A stretch of DNA of 64,000 nt, from the NCBI GenBank assembly GCA_977017645.1, contig OZ360241.1:61628001-61692000 (forward strand). The letters are read 5' to 3'. Below are positions 25,462 to 38,916 of the stretch, one piece after another (the stretch's first letter is position 1; each line of letters opens with the position of its first letter). This stretch comes from Torpedo marmorata. Taxonomy: Eukaryota. A model generated the notes under the pieces. That model did no database searches. It was given only the letters and a program-made list of their open reading frames with translations, and was not told the origin of the DNA. Both the position numbers and the translations under genes were made by a program.

Positions 25462-25628
25462 CTCATCTGTGGGATTCTGCATGTTTCCTTTCAGAACTTT
25501 ACCAGAGTTATCAACATCTCCCATTTCATTTAGTTCCACATGGAAAAGGTAGAACACAAATCCATACAGTGCTGGACCAAGGCCATTGCACAGTCCACGG
25601 ATTCCTGTAATCATTCCTTGCACAACTC
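25462..25628 (-). CDS. MFSD14A: MFSD14A/HIAT1-family exon 11
   Basis: (G)VVQGMITGIRGLCNGLGPALYGFVFYLFHVELNEMGDVDNSGKVLKGNMQNPTDE; CAG acceptor, GTGAGC donor; 167 nt. Confidence 0.95.
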
Positions 25629-26216
25629 CTGCAGAAACACAAAGATCAACTCAAATATCTCCATCAATTAAAAACTTCATCTGTGTCTCCACCTCAACTG
25701 TCTAAATCATTCAGTGAGAATAGTTTTCTTCCTTTAGTTTCCCAGAAACAATGGAGTTTTCCTGTGGAATTTTTCTATAATTGGCAGTATCATCAATTGA
25801 GTTCAAGACAGATGTTAACAGATTGTCTGGTTTCTAAAAGGCTACACATTTAATATATTAACAGTAACATTCACGTAACCATGATTAGAAATAGAAGCCT
25901 GGACATTCCTTCTACCCATGCCTGCTTATAATCCCGCCACATTATCAAACCAATCAGCCTTGAAAGTAACATTGAACAAAATATAAAATATACAGCATGG
26001 ACATTCTGCTAGCACCCTCAGGTTTTTATGGCTTCCTCCAATCAAATTATTTTTCACATTCATCTGATGGGAAAGCAAATGAGAACAATAAAAGACAAAT
26101 TAGCTTGCTGCCAATTGTTTAATATACAAATTATTCAGATTGCAACTTTTTGGAAGTTTTTTAAATAATTTTACTCGAGACAAGGTGTGGCTCAGAAATG
26201 ATGGGAAAATTCCTAC

Positions 26217-26314
26217 CTTGTTGATCTGGGTCAGCATTCCTCGAAACAAGGGCACTGACTGCTGGGAAGGTAATACTGGACATGGCAGCCACAGCTCCTG
26301 CTGCCCACATCATC
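26217..26314 (-). CDS. MFSD14A: MFSD14A/HIAT1-family exon 10
   Basis: MMWAAGAVAAMSSITFPAVSALVSRNADPDQQ(G); CAG acceptor, GTAGGA donor; 98 nt. Confidence 0.95.
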
Positions 26315-26755
26315 CTGCAAGAACATACAAGCATTTGATGCATCAATGGCCAACATTGGGACAACTGACCAGTATCATTCAAGTATCCCATTGCTCATTC
26401 ACCAACCAGACGAAACATGGGTACACCCATTAATTCAGAAACTGGTTTTAGCAAAGAGTTAGCAGCTGTACTGTGCAAATGTTTCACTGCAAGCAGCATC
26501 TCTTGTATAGTATGTGGGGAAAAATGTGAAGAGCAAAGCAGCTGATGGAGAACCAACTACTTGTGCACTTAAATCATAACTTGACTGTAAGAATGGTAAA
26601 TATGTGATTAATAAAAGTAATTGTACTCCAATAACTGATTTGAACACAGACAACACCTACAAAACTATCATGCTTCACGAATTACGACTGGCAATGTAAC
26701 ACATTTGTTCAAAATCCATTCAAATGAATAATCATTAAAACAGATCCATTTCGAG

Positions 26756-29700
26756 CAGTCATTCCTAAAGGGGGCAGTGGAAAGATCCAAGGGGGCAGTG
26801 AAGAAAAAGGGGGCGGTCCGAACATTTCTGGCAAACTCAGCCCTGTGGCTCAGAAGGGTAGGGAAAGGAAGAGGAGGGCAATAGTCGTAGGGGACTCCAT
26901 AGTTAAGAGGACAGATGGAGGATTCTGTGGACGCAGCAAGGAGAACCGGATGGTGGTTTGCCTCCCTGTTGCTGCTCGTGTCCCGGATATCCTAAAGGGG
27001 GAGGGACAGGAGCCAGAGGTCGTGGTACATGTAGGTACCAATGACATAGGGAGGAATAGAGAAGAGGTCTTAAAAAGTGAGTACAGGCAGTTAGGTAGGG
27101 AGTTAAAAAGAAGGACCGCAAAGGGGGTAATCTCCGGATTACTCCCTGTGCCACGTGACAGTGAGAGTAGGATTAGAATGAGGTGGAGGATTAACACGTG
27201 GCTGAAGGGGTGGAGTAAGGGGCAGGGTTTCAAGTTTCTGGATCACTGGGACCTTTTTTGGGGGAGATTTGACCTGTACAGTAAGGACGGGTTACACTTG
27301 AATCGCAGGGGGACCAGGATCCTGGCAGGGGTATTTGCTAGGGCTACTCAAGAGCCTTTAAACTAGAATGGTTGGGGGGAGGGAGCAAAATAGTACAGAG
27401 CAGTAAGGAGAAGGTTAGAATGCAAACAGAGAAAGTTTGTAGTCAGTGTTTGAATATGGATGGGCAGGTGATAGAGAAGGGAAATGCTCTGGATGAAGAT
27501 GAAGGGCAATTGGCAGAAAAAGTAAATAATGTTGTTACTAAAGATGAGGGCAAACAGAGGTTAAGAAGTGGGAAATCTCTGAAATTCATATTTTAATGCC
27601 AGGAGTATTGTAAAAAAGGTGGATGAGCTGAAGGTGTGGATTGATACTTGGAAGTATGATGTGGTAGCGATTAGTGAGACATGGTTGCAGGAGGGATGTG
27701 ATTGGCAGCTGAATATCCCTGGGTTTCGTTGCTTTAGGTGTGATAGAGTCGGAGGGGCAAGAGGAGGTGGTGTTGCATTGCTTGTCAGGGAGAATATTAC
27801 AGCGGTGCTTAGGCAGGATAGATTAGAGGGCTCGTCCACGGAGGCTATTTGGGTGGAACTGAGGAGTGGGAAAGGAGAAGTTACACTTGTAGGGGTGTAT
27901 TATAGACCACCCAGAGGGGACCGAGACCTAGAGGAGCAAATCTGTAGGGAGATAGTGGATATTTGTGATAAGCACAGGGTTGTAATTATGGGAGATTTTA
28001 ATTTTCCACATATAGATTGGGAAACACATTCTGTGAAAGGGCTGGATGGGTTGGAGTTTGTGAAATGTGTGCAGGATAGGTTTTTACAACAATATGTAGA
28101 GGTACCGACCAGAGAAGGAGCAGTGTTAGATCTACTGTTGGCAAATGAGATAGGTCAAGTGACGGAGGTTTGTGTTGGCGAGCACTTCGGGTCCAGTGAT
28201 CATAATGCCATCAGCTTCAATGTCATTATGGAAAGAGATAAGTCAGGGCCAAGGGTTGAGGTTTTTGATTGGGGAAAAGCTAGATTTGAGGAGATGCGAA
28301 AGGACTTACAGGGTGTGCATTGGGACAATTTGTTTTATGGGCAGGATGTAGTAGAGAGATGGAAGTCTTTTAAAGATCAGATTTTGAGAGTGCAAAAGCT
28401 TTATGTTCCTGTTAGGTTAAAAGGAGGGGCAAAAGGTTTTCGAGAAATATTGGAAACTTGGTTCGAAAAAAAAAGGAGGCGTACATTAAGTATAAGAAGC
28501 ATGGAATTAAGGAGATGTTTGAAAAATACATTGAATGTAAAAAGAATCTTAAGAGAGGAATTAGGAAAGCTAAAAGGTACGAGGAGACTATAGCAAGCAG
28601 GGTGAAAATAAATCCAAAAGGTTTCTACAAATACGTTAATGGTAAAAGGAAAGCGAGGGACAAAATTGGTCCCTTAGAGAATCAGAGAGGAAAACTGTGT
28701 GTGGAGCCTAGAGAAATGGGGGAGATATTGAACAGTTTATTTTCTTCGGTATTCACCAAGGAGAAGGATATTGGGATATGCGAGATAAAAAAAGCAAATT
28801 GGGTAAATATGGAGAATATAGTGATTACGAAAGATGTAGTGTTAGGGCTTTTGAGGCATATAAAGGTGGATAAGTCTCCGGGACCCGACGGGATCTTCCC
28901 CAGGACCTTGAGAGAAGTAAGTGAGGAAATAGCAGAGGCTCTGACGGTGATTTTCCAAATGTCATTAGAGATGGGGATAGTGCCAGAGGATTGGCGTATT
29001 GCGCATGTGGTTCCGTTATTTAAAAAGGGTTCAAGGAGGAAGCCTGGCAATTATCGGCCTGTAAGTTTGACGTCTGTGGTAGGTAAATTAATGGAGAAAG
29101 TTCTTAGAGATAGTACTTATAAATATCTGGATAGACAGGGTCTGATCAGGAACACTCAACACGGATTTGTGAGCGGAAGGTCCTGTTTGACCAATCTGAT
29201 TGAATTTTTTGAAGAGGTGACTAGGAATGTGGATGAGGGTAGCGCAGTGGATGTTGTCTATATGGACTTCAGTAAGGCCTTCGATAAGGTACCACATGGA
29301 AGGTTAGTTAGGAAGGTGCAGTCTTTAGGTATAAATTTTGAGATAGTCAAATGGATTGAACATTGGCTGAAAGGGAGAGGCCAGAGAGTGGTAGTGGATA
29401 ATTGTCTGTCAGGTTGGAGGCCGGTGACCAGCGGTGTGCCTCAGGGATCTGTATTGGGCCCATTGTTGATCGTTATATACATTAATGATCTAGATGATGG
29501 GGTGGTGAACTGGATTAGTAAATATGCAGATGACACTAAGATAGGTGGAATAGTGGATAATGAAGAAGGTTTTCAAGGATTGCAGAGGGATTTGGGCTGC
29601 TTAGAAAAGTGGGCTGAAAAATGGCAAATGGAGTTTAATGCTGATAAGTGTGAGGTGCTTCATTTTGGTAAGAAGAATCAGAACAGGACATACGTAGTAA

Positions 29701-30675
29701 ATGGGAGAGCATTGATGAATACAGAAGAGCAGAAAGACTTAGGAATAACGGTGCATCGTTCCCTGAAGGTAGAAACTCATGTGAATAGGGTGGTGAAGGC
29801 GGCTTTTAGTATGCTGGCCTTTATCAATCATTGCATAGAATATAGGAGTTGGGAAGTGATGTTGAGATTATATAAGGCGTTGGTGCGGCCTAGTTTAGAG
29901 TTGTGTGTGCAGTTCTGGTCGCCAAATTATAGGAAGGATATCAACAGAGTGGAGAGAGTGCAGAGAAGATTTACCAGAATGTTACCTGGGTTTAAGCATC
30001 TAGAGTACAAGGAAAGATTGAGCATATTAGGTCTTTATTCTTTGGAGCGTAGAAGGTTGAGGGGATTTGATAGAGGTATTTAAGATTATGAAAGGGATAG
30101 ACAGTGGATGTGGATAGACTATTTCCATTAAGAATAGGAGAGATTGAAACAAGAGGACATGAGCTAAGAGTTAAGGGGCAGAGGTTTAGAGGTAACATGA
30201 GGGGGAACTTCTTTACTCAGAGAGTGGTAGCGGTGTGGAATGAGCTTCCGGGAGAAGTAGTGGCGGCAGAGTCAATTTTACTATTTGAGAAAAAGTTGGA
30301 TAGGTATATGGATGAGAAGGAAGTGGAGGGTTATGGGCAGGATGCACGTAGGTGGGACTAGAGAGGAGTGTTTGGTTCGGTGCGGACTAGAAGGGCCTAA
30401 TGGCCTGTTTCCGTGCTGTAATTGTTATATGGTTAACATTCATCGTGCGCTATCCGTCAGGTGAGGAGGGGGTGACGGCCGGGGATGGTGACTGTAAATT
30501 GGTTTACTATAAGTTTTATTTGTGAAATACATACACTTGTTTATAGTGTTAGATTAGTTGTTTTAAATTTGCAGTACCAAGAGCTGTGTGTTCGTTGTAT
30601 GTGTTTGTGTGGGGCGCTAAGGATGTGTCCTGGGAGCCAAGGGGGCGGAAGCCCGAAAAAGTTTGGTAACCACTG
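26756..30675. mobile_element. Non-autonomous hAT MITE (~306 bp) split by a CR1 insertion
   Basis: Ends CAGTCATTCCTAAAG and GTTTGGTAACCACTG (degenerate Charlie-type TIR, 10/15); 8-bp TSD ATTTCGAG (26748-26755) / ATTTCGGG (30676-30683). Confidence 0.7.
26827..30434 (+). mobile_element. CR1-clade (HER1-like) LINE with partial ORF1 and near-complete, frameshifted ORF2
   Basis: ORF1 remnant 26845-27366 with SGNH-esterase motifs (GDS, GTND, DGLHL); ORF2 APE 27619-28593 and RT 28458-30083 ([29 protein letters not shown]); 3' end GGCCTAATGGCCTGTTTCCGTGCTGTA; 6-bp TSD AACATT (26821-26826 / 30435-30440). Confidence 0.93.
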
Positions 30676-30774
30676 ATTTCGGGGTTTGTAAGTTTTTTTT
30701 AAAAACATTCTTACTGCTGTAACTATCACCTCCAACTTCTCCAAATCTCTGCCTGCTGTCATAGAATATTTATA

Positions 30775-31173
30775 CAGGTACCTAACCTTTTAACCGAAAT
30801 TCCGAAAACCGAACATTTTTTCCCCAGTATATTTTCAGGTGTTTTGCTTAGTTTGAGCCAGTTTATGTTTGAAGTTTTATTGTATGTTTTACTTAAAAAA
30901 TAAAAAGTACACTAGTAATTTTATGATCTATCTTTATCTCACTTCATTTACCACTCCCCCCACCCAGCGCCGCCGCGAACACCCCCCGCCTTGCGCCGCT
31001 GCAAACCCCCCCCCCTCGGTCCAGAGACCCTTCTAGTTGGAGTGTGTCTTTGTTTTGCGCGAATCTGAAATCAGCGCAATTACTTAACGTACTGCCGTTA
31101 CTATTATTCAAAAAATTCCAAATTCCGAAAAGTGTCTGGTCCCAAGGATTTCGGATAAAAGATTAGGCACCTG
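30775..31173. mobile_element. Tc1/mariner Tigger-like MITE
   Basis: TIRs CAGGTACCTAACCTTTTAACCGAAAT and ATTTCGGATAAAAGATTAGGCACCTG (23/26 complementary), flanked by TA on both sides. Confidence 0.85.
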
Positions 31174-34121
31174 TACAAACTAATAGTCCTCTTTGCACCG
31201 CTCAGCTGGCAGCACTTCACTAATTTTGTACAACCATTTGCACCAAATTTATAACCAGTCAGCTGTGACAAACCCATTAACACCTCAAGGACTTTTGCTG
31301 CCATGGTAAATGTTGTCGACTAGCTTTGGTGTTTTTTGACCTCGGAGAAGGTTAGAGGCAGGTAGTTATGGCTGTGTGAAGAAATCAGATGTGAAATGAA
31401 AAGTGGCATGGAGAGAGAGAGAAAGTTGCACTTTGATTCGATTGCAGACAATCAGCGTGTTTCTACACTGAAATCAAGATGGAGAACGGTTAAATCCAAA
31501 GAAACAAAGAACAGAAGTTAGATGTTGGCCCTGTTCCACCATTCAACATTGTAGCTGATCATCTACATTAATACCATACTCCCAGCTGCTTCTCCATTTG
31601 TTTTCTGAAATATGGTTCCTTAAATGCATTTAATAACTGTGGTAGAGAATTCCATACATTTACTTTCTTGTGGTTTCTCCAGATCTTGGTTCTAACGAGT
31701 AATGCCCGAGTCAGGGAGTTCCTGAAATCTCTAACCATTGGGAAGATCCCAAAACTTAAGGTTTCTATGGGACCCCCTCATTCTTCTAAACACCAATGAA
31801 TACATGGCAAGAACACCCTTCCTGAAACATAGCTAAAACTGCTCATGTGGTCTCAAAGCCCCCATTTAGCTGAAAAAGGACATCCTTGCAAGGAAAGTTG
31901 AGTACAAGAGCAATGAAGGCCAACATACCACTTGCCTTCCCTAAATGTTTACTGCACCTGTAGACTTGCTCTCAGTGACAGAAATAAAAACACTGACATC
32001 TCATTGCACCGCCTCTTTTCCAATTCCATAATTCAGATAACATTTTTATCCCTTCTGAAATGCATTTTCTCAACTTGTCTAGATCATATGGAAACCTTTT
32101 TGCTTCCTCCTCTCAGTTCACATTGTGCGCTCTCCCCACCCTTCCTGCAACTATGCGTCATCTGGAAACTTGATGTTATATTTGCTTTGTTCTCCCAAAT
32201 CATTGATATTCAATAGCAGAGGCCCAAACATTAATCGCTGAAGGACCCCATTAGTCACTGCCTGCGTGGAAGAAATACATGGAATGTTATTACTGTAAAA
32301 TTGGTGGCAAATATATTTCATGGTTACTATTCATACAAAATCTATTTAATGGCAGCTCTAAGTTAGGAATTCAAGAGAAACTTTACCTAGAGCAGCAAGA
32401 ATGTGAAAACTTCTACAGTAAATAGTTAATGGAAACATTTAAGGACTCTTACTTTGCACATATTTATTACTGATTATTTATTTTTCCTGTATTGCACAGT
32501 TTACCTCTCTTTTCTATATGCACCTTTTCGTGATAAGAGTTTTTTGCACTACCGATACGTAGAAATTCTATCTGGTCCACAGGAAAAAGAATCTCAGGGT
32601 TGTATGTGATGTCATATATATAAATATATATATATAAAAATCACTGGATGAAAATAGATCAAGGCTTTTCTGAGTAGCAGTTAGAATCTTGCTTGTTACA
32701 TGATACAATGAAAGAACCATAAAAATACATCCGAGCACGTTGCTGTGACGGGTAATCTGACATGGAGGATCAAAGCACCTCACTAAAGTGGGAGGATGTC
32801 AATGCAAAGAGCATTTAATCTGCTTCAGATCAAGGAGAAATCTGCTCATTCATCAAAAGAAAAGTCAGGTGTTCCAATACCAAGCAACATTACATCTGAC
32901 GAGCATTCAATTCACTTTCAGAAGTTAGTATTATTTTCACTTACATTATTCTTCCATCTCACCTGGTCTCACTGCCAGTCCAGAACATGATGGAACATAA
33001 TGGAGCTTATTCAATGCTGTTCACTGCTATAGTTCAGGTTGCAAATGAGAACGCATACTTACACAGATGCGCCAAGTTCAAAATGTAATAAGTCATCTGA
33101 CAGCTCACTTTTGCTTTTCTGGGTTCAGCATTGCTCTTCTCCAAGATGACCTTGCTATTTTATATAACAATCAGCATATTTAGCACCACTGTTAAAGAGA
33201 TTTTAAAACACTTATCGTGCTGTCATCTGCCTCTTAATACCCCACCTGAGCCTGCTTAGCTCATCTGCTGCAGAAATCCTTGCCAATGTTTCTATTACTT
33301 CTGGAAATGAGTAACCAATATACTTCGGCCTTGCCTATTTTCCATCATCTGTAAACTCAGTCAAGAGAATGCATTCTAAATTGTACCAAATCATTACTAT
33401 CACTCTGCTTGCTAACCAACAGTTAAGGAATGCTTCCATTTCAATTTCTCGTTTTCAAATCCCTCATGCATCCTTCTGCGAGCTACTTAAGCCCTGTAAC
33501 ATTCTCAAATCTTGGCATTCATTAATCTTACCCACCAAAAGTCATTCCCTTAGCCACTGGTGGACCAAGCTCAGAAAACCCAACCCCCCCCCCCCCACCC
33601 CACACCTCTTTCTGGCTTTGAAATGGTCCTTAAAATCCAATTCTTTGGCCAACTTTTTGGTTACTACCCCAACCTATCCTTTTGTGGCTGAATACGTTTG
33701 TTTGAAAGCACCCTTGCAAATCATTTTGGCACTTTAAAGTCTCTGTTTTAAACACAACTGAAATGATCAATTACAACATCTTCATGGATAAAAATCTAAG
33801 TTTCTCCCATGTCCAGTGAATTGATATCATGCATCTGATCTAATTCTAGCAAATGCAATGATGCAAAACTGAAGCTAATTTGGCCATTATTTAGGCACGC
33901 AAAATTGTGCAGCCACTAAAGATATATCCCATTAATTTCACATCTGTGCTATCTACTGGTTCCAAGAATTTTGAACATTTATACACATCTCAATTGCCTT
34001 GAACTATTCTGGAAATTTTGAAGTAAAACAGATTATTTTGTATATCCACAGTGCAGGATGTGCAACCTGTTTTGTATAAAGAATATACTAGGTAATTCTT
34101 CATTCAAAATACACAACTTAC

Positions 34122-34234
34122 CAGGGCTGGGACCCAAAACCATACCAAGCCAGCTGGAGAATTTGGAAGCCAAGGCCCAGGAGAATAGTGTTCTTATGCC
34201 CTATTGACCTCATAAGGACACCAAGTACCACAGT
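34122..34234 (-). CDS. MFSD14A: MFSD14A/HIAT1-family exon 9
   Basis: TVVLGVLMRSIGHKNTILLGLGFQILQLAWYGFGSQP(W); TAG acceptor, GTAAGT donor; 113 nt. Confidence 0.95.
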
Positions 34235-34432
34235 CTACAAATCAAATACAAGAAAGAAACATTTACTAGCAAAAGATAAACATTACAATGATAGAAAACA
34301 AATCAGCTTCACTCTAATTCCTGACTTCAAGTCATTTTATCTCATTCACTATTGGATTTAGTATTCAAGTAAATGGATTACAGTGAGCACAATGCATTTA
34401 AAATACAACTTTCAAATGCAGCAAACACTTAC

Positions 34433-34504
34433 TTGAGCTAAAATAGAAAGGATTCCCACGACTGCAATAAAAGCAGCTACAGTTTCTGAAGAAAATCCAA
34501 TTAC
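34433..34504 (-). CDS. MFSD14A: MFSD14A/HIAT1-family exon 8
   Basis: VIGFSSETVAAFIAVVGILSILAQ; CAG acceptor, GTAAGT donor; 72 nt. Confidence 0.95.
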
Positions 34505-36199
34505 CTGGAGAACAAAAACAATAAATAGAACAAAGTCTATGTGGCTTAAAAATACATAGTTTCAATGCACCTACAGCACAGAAAATGACCATTAGACTGA
34601 TGTTTGTGCTCTGCTCAAACCCCCTTTGCACCATTCATCCAGACCCATAAACAATCTATTCCCTTTTCTCTAAAGTATTTATTTCCTTACATGCATACAC
34701 TAACCAGCTCACCCACCCCATGTGATTACGCTCCATATTTAGACCAATTTCCAATATTAATATTACAGGTCATGCTATTTACTACCGACACAACTTTTAA
34801 CTGCCTTCCTGATCAGATGTTGTGCTTCCCCGCTAGACTTTACTCCCAATAGATCTCCTACTGTTGAAATCTACCTTACCAAGTTTAAGGGCCTCTCTTG
34901 AGGATTATGAGATCCACAATTACCATAAAACTTACCAAACTATTCCCCAAGGGTTACTGCACAGACACTACCACCAAGTCTAATACTTCTCCCTCATTAG
35001 TGAGACTCTACATACTGCTTCAAAAAAAGTTCTTGGATGCATTTTTACCAATTCCACCCTATATTGCACTAATTAGGAAAGTTAAAATTACCCATTACTA
35101 CAAATGTATTTCAATCTTCTTCAATTTGCCTGCATATCTGTTCTTCTAACTGCATGAAGGGCAGGAAGCCTTTAGCACAGAAACCATAATGGGATGCTTG
35201 ACCAGTCACTGTTTTTAACTGAGGCAAGAAAGCAAGCTGGATCGGGGAAAACAGGTTACTATTCTCCATCATGGGCATCAACCATTTTACACAAAGCCAA
35301 ACAAAACTGATGGCATTCCATCAGAAAGGCGCCAACCCATCAAACCCTCAAGGCCTTGAAATGGAAAATTCAGGCTGGATTTGAAGCTCAACGTCAGGCC
35401 TTGATCTTCAGCTTGACTCAGGTAAGGCTACCATCTCCTTTACTAAGCTAAAGCAATCAAGAATCACAGCCCTTATATTGACGAGAAACTGCACACACCA
35501 GTGATAAAAAATACAAAATTATCAAGCGCATTACATTTATGACATATTTTGGAAATGTTACTTCAAATTCTCTGCACCCAATTCTGTTATTTGTGTTCTG
35601 ATGAAAGATCAGCAAGCTGAAGAACTAATTCAGTTTCTCTCCACGGTTAATGTCTGATCTGGTAATAATTTCCAGCATTTTCCATTTTTATCCCCAAGTT
35701 AATCTATTTTGTAAAAAATGGTATTACTATTTCTGGTATTAACCAAGGAGTCAAGTTGTCAACAAATTAACAGCAAATCACCCCAAAGACAGTTACAAAA
35801 AAAGGCTCAAATAATGACACCATTCCAGTTGGTTAGTGATTTCAAAATGCTTAAAGTCATAACTGATGTCCATTTGAAGTGTTTGTGAGCAGTCAATTAA
35901 TGAAACATTGTGCATTAAAGCACAAGCTACGGTACATGTGCCACTGAGACAAAGGATGCAACCTTGTTTTGTTTTTATGTGGGGCTACTGATTTCAAAGT
36001 CATTATCTGTAAAAAGGAGGTGGCAATTGCATAAAGTAGATTCATTAACAAGAACAAAAAGCTGTTTCATGCAGCACCACCTGAGGAAATGACATCTCGG
36101 TTACATATTCCATGAGATGAGAGAAGAGAAAATAAAACTGCAATTACCCATGTGTAATCATTTTGATTCAGAAATTTAAAATTTTATAGGACTATTTAC

Positions 36200-36313
36200 C
36201 TGTCTGAGATAAAGAAAGAAACTGGAATATTGGCCTGCTTCAGGCAGGTACGATAGAAATACTGTAATACAGATTAGCAGAACAGTTGAATCCTGACCCA
36301 CTTTCTTCAAAGA
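36200..36313 (-). CDS. MFSD14A: MFSD14A/HIAT1-family exon 7
   Basis: SLKKVGQDSTVLLICITVFLSYLPEAGQYSSFFLYLRQ; CAG acceptor, GTAAAT donor; 114 nt. Confidence 0.96.
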
Positions 36314-36698
36314 CTGGAACAAATCAAAGGAAATACAAATCAATGAAGCTGACAAACTGAGCCAAAGGACACCTCATGTTTCACTACTCAACATGAATTC
36401 CACCATCACTGGAGGTGGGTGTTGATATGAATGGCACTCAAAATAAATACACATCTTGCACACTTTTGCCTCCCCACCACACCCATATACTTTGTAAAAT
36501 CACTTTTAATAAGACTCAGATTCCAACAAGTGCATGGGATGCTTTAAAATCCCCATTGATACAACATAGCACTTTCCCTTCTTGTAGAGTATCACGAGCC
36601 CAAATGGATTGACTGGATTTTTTTTTGAGTTGGGGAGGGGGTGAAGATGAGAACACCAAAAAGCACTTCAGAGGCAGCAAACTGGACACATCTATATA

Positions 36699-37455
36699 CA
36701 GTAAAATCCCCATTATCCGGCACCTACGGGAATCGCTGGTGCCGGAAATGCGAATTTTCTGGTTGAATGAGGCTCATTCTTACAATAAAAACACACCGAA
36801 ATGCTGGAGGAAATCAGCCGGTCTTTTCAGCATCTATAGGAGACAAAGATATATTGCTGACATTTCAGGCCTGAGCCCTTCTTCAAGGAATAAGCCAGAA
36901 GCAGGAAATCTCAGAAAGTCTCAGAATTCAGACAATGCTGGCTGGGGGAGGAATCCAAACCAACAAAAGGTGTTAAGAGTGTTAAATGGATATAAAGTAA
37001 GAATTTATCAAGTTTGTGCGAAAGGAGACAGAATGGAGAGAGAGAGAGAGCTAGGGGAAGGCGGCAGGGGAAGGGGACAGGGTTTAAACGAAAGCCAGAG
37101 AAGTCGATATTAATGCCATCCGGTTGGAGGGTGCCCAGTCAGAAGATGGTGTTGTTCCTCCAATTTGCAGGTGGTCTCAGTCTGGTAATGCATGAGACCA
37201 TGGACAGACATGTTAGCAAGGGAATGGGATGGAGAACTGAAGTGGCCACCCATTTCAAACAGCTGCGGGTGGGGCACGACCAGGGCGTTCCACTGGCTGA
37301 ATATTTGCTCCCAAGGGGTTGAATGTTGCTTCGGAGAACATTTACTTTTACAATTTTAAACTTTTATTTAAAACTTTATTTATAAAAAATATTTATTTAT
37401 TTCCTCTATTTATTTTGCCGGTTGTTTGAGTGCCGGATAATGGGGGATTTTACTG
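36699..37455. mobile_element. Tigger-like MITE carrying a nested Penelope fragment
   Basis: TIRs CAGTAAAATCCCCATTATCCGGCAC and GTGCCGGATAATGGGGGATTTTACTG with TA on both sides. Confidence 0.85.
36785..37250 (-). mobile_element. Penelope-like element 3' end (GIY-YIG C-terminus plus pseudo-LTR)
   Basis: Minus-strand frames give HFSSPSHSLANMSVHGLMHYQTETTCKLEEQH and LGTLQPDGINIDFS, the typical PLE endonuclease C-terminus, followed by TTGAAGAAGGGCTCAGGCCTGAAATGTC. Confidence 0.8.
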
Positions 37456-37564
37456 TATTCAGATAGTGAAGATGCAACGTAGTTTAGGCAGGCAAAATGG
37501 GAAGGTCAAGGAAACATTAAGAATCAATGCATTTGGATGACTGGTGAACAAATCAGATACTTAC

Positions 37565-37783
37565 TGCGAAAGGATCTGCTTGTTCCCATGAAATTGGTGC
37601 ACCCCAAGAAGCAGGCCTCATCTTCTCTGGTAAAGATTCGGGCACAGCCACAAGAATAAAACAGATGTCCAGCAAGGCGATGGCAGTGGCAAGAACTACC
37701 ACCAAATTATCTCCATATGCCCATGACAAGTATGCTCCAATAGCTGGGCTGGTCACAAGACTAGCTGCAAATGTTGCAGATAC
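37565..37783 (-). CDS. MFSD14A: MFSD14A/HIAT1-family exon 6
   Basis: VSATFAASLVTSPAIGAYLSWAYGDNLVVVLATAIALLDICFILVAVPESLPEKMRPASWGAPISWEQADPFA; CAG acceptor, GTAAGT donor; 219 nt. Confidence 0.97.
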
Positions 37784-38658
37784 CTGCAGTTGGGAGGAAA
37801 AGGTTGTACCTGCTTTATGCAAATAGAAGCAGTAATAGGCTATTCATTCCCTTATGCCGGCACCACTATTCAGTAAAGGTATAACTTTTTTTTTTTTTTT
37901 TTTTTTTAAAACACATCTTAATTCATTTACTATCCTTAAACATATGAATCTGTCTGGGACATATACAGGAAAGGAGCTTTCGTAGGGTGAAGAATTATAA
38001 AACTTCAACACTTCAGGTGGAAAAAAAATCTTTTATCACTGCCCTGACAGGCCGACTCTCTATTTTAATTTTTACTCCTGCATCTTGACAGGAAAACACA
38101 ATCCCTGTATCTACCTTGTCAAGCTCTATAGAAATTTTATCTTCCACTGAGATCATCTCTCATTTTTCCAATCTCTGTAGAGGCGTTCAAGTCCAGCTGC
38201 TTAATGTCCACCTCTACAACATAGTCTCCATCCCAGAAATCAATCTGATGAAGCTTTGTTGCGTTCCCTCTATTGGAAGTTTCTCTTTGCTTAGGTAGGG
38301 ATACCTACACGCAGTATTCCAAGTGCAATTTTTACTTCATTGCACCCTCTCAGCAGAAGAATTTCTTGAGCAAACATGCAAAATTTACACTAGATATTCT
38401 CATCTAAATAACTGCAATAGATTTTGACAGCTGGGCAAGGGCAAAAAGTCAAAGGCATAAGAGCCTAAATGAGCCATTGTCCTACAAGCTTCAAGATTTC
38501 ACGAAAACAAAACTTTCTAACTCAGAAGAGTAGTACGTGGAAAATGTCCTTGATGAACACATCAGTAATAGTGATTAGACGAGGATTGCTGATGGTTAAA
38601 AACCCAAGCCCCACAATAGAAGGGAATCTTATTTTCAAACAGCAGTTTAGTGACTTAC

Positions 38659-38773
38659 AAGTCCATAAGCTGTGCTCCTCTCGTGCTCCTGAGTTATATC
38701 TGCTACGTAGGCAAAGATCACTGAAAACGTGACTGCAAATACCCCGGACATGGAAATAACTGCAAAGTACCAC
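38659..38773 (-). CDS. MFSD14A: MFSD14A/HIAT1-family exon 5
   Basis: WYFAVISMSGVFAVTFSVIFAYVADITQEHERSTAYGL; CAG acceptor, GTAAGT donor; 115 nt. Confidence 0.96.
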
Positions 38774-38916
38774 CTGCAGAGAATAATTCAAATAAAAACA
38801 ATTTATTTATTACTGGAACACAAACACAAAACAAACATGTCACTTAATGAACTATACCCAAATTAGTGGTTTATCATACATTTATAACTAAAAACTTAAA
38901 TTACACCAGCTTGTAC

